Positions 63,418 through 64,000 of a stretch of DNA of 64,000 nt are shown in pieces. Location: the NCBI GenBank assembly GCA_016748015.1, contig JAAOMT010000735.1, forward strand, positions 1-64,000. Direction: 5' to 3'. Position numbers and translations under genes: made by a program. This DNA is from Geosiphon pyriformis uo1 (taxonomy: Eukaryota; Fungi; Glomeromycota). The notes below the pieces were generated by a model, which searched no databases, had not been told where the DNA came from, and worked only from the letters and a program-made list of their open reading frames with translations. Position 1 is the stretch's first letter. Every line of letters begins with the position of its first letter.

Positions 63418-64000
63418 NNNNNNNNNNNNNNNNNNNNTTTTCCAACATGCTTTGGACTTCTTCTCTGATAAAATTATGCTCCATTGGTGGGACACGGTAA
63501 GCGCGTTGTTTTTCAGGTCTGGCATCTCCAGTGAGGATTTGGTGTTGAACCAAGTTGGTTCTTCCAAATTCGCCATTTCTTGAAAATATATCAGAGTATT
63601 TTAAAATTAATGCTTTTAATTGTTGCTGTTGGTCGGGATCCATTGTTCCAATGTTTAATTTGGCCAATTTTTCTGGCGTAAATTGATAGCATTCTACTGG
63701 TTGTTGCCAATTTATTGAAGTGAGTTCACAGTAGAGGATGATTTCTGGGAAATTTAGAATTTCTTGTGGTGTTGATGCGTTTTCTAGCTCCGTTCCGAGG
63801 TATCCAATGATGGTATCTTCCAGAATGTAGACGGGTTCTTCTGTGGTGTTTGCGATAGGAATTTTTATCCATNNNNNNNNNNNNNNNNNNNNGTAAATGT
63901 TGGAGATGATCCGTGAATTTTGACGAGAAAACATTTGTATCATCCAAGTAGACAACAACGGATTGCCACAGGATTCCGGAGTAAATTACGTCCATTAGTC

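Larger units (their letters stand above)
60017..64000 (-). mobile_element. 3' half of relatively young Ty3/gypsy element D (3' LTR 60017-60882, PPT 60883-60896)
   Basis: Intact motifs YLDD, ATDASG, ELECLAVVW, TDH, ADCLSR, SDQG, NGLVERFNRTL; PPT AAAGGAGGGGATAA; CpGs retained; three 20-N gaps. Confidence 0.95.

Noticed and set aside
63438-64000. Apparent rearranged order, with the RT YLDD segment upstream of the pre-RT region in D
   Set aside because: The pieces are separated by 20-N gaps; most likely scaffolding error, not biology.

Overview
AT-rich eukaryotic DNA, almost certainly fungal and probably Glomeromycotina-like (inferred from short GT-AG introns, low GC and the TE load). About 90% is nested, transition-eroded retrotransposon: about 8 Ty3/gypsy LTR elements or remnants (named here A, A2, B, C, D, E1, E2, F, H), 3 LTRs of a further family G, and 3 fragments of APE-RT-RNaseH LINEs. 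A CpG-retaining island at about 32.1-35.2 kb holds two convergent host genes: an 8-exon LUC7 (U1 snRNP) and a 2-exon COX23-like twin-CX9C gene. The main observation is a non-canonical layout shared by the divergent gypsy families: LTR-PBS-[N-extension-Gag-PR-Cys-rich domain-dUTPase-dUTPase-like-RT-RNaseH, stop]-short A/C-rich spacer-[separate ATG-initiated integrase ORF]-spacer-[conserved soluble ORF3 of about 210-245 aa]-PPT-LTR. They also share 4-bp TSDs, a common PBS, a covarying TGATCA-loop hairpin and an anti-PBS sequence in U5. LUC7 intron 5 contains a candidate poison exon. All coordinates were read by hand and may be off by a few bases. No database searches were possible.
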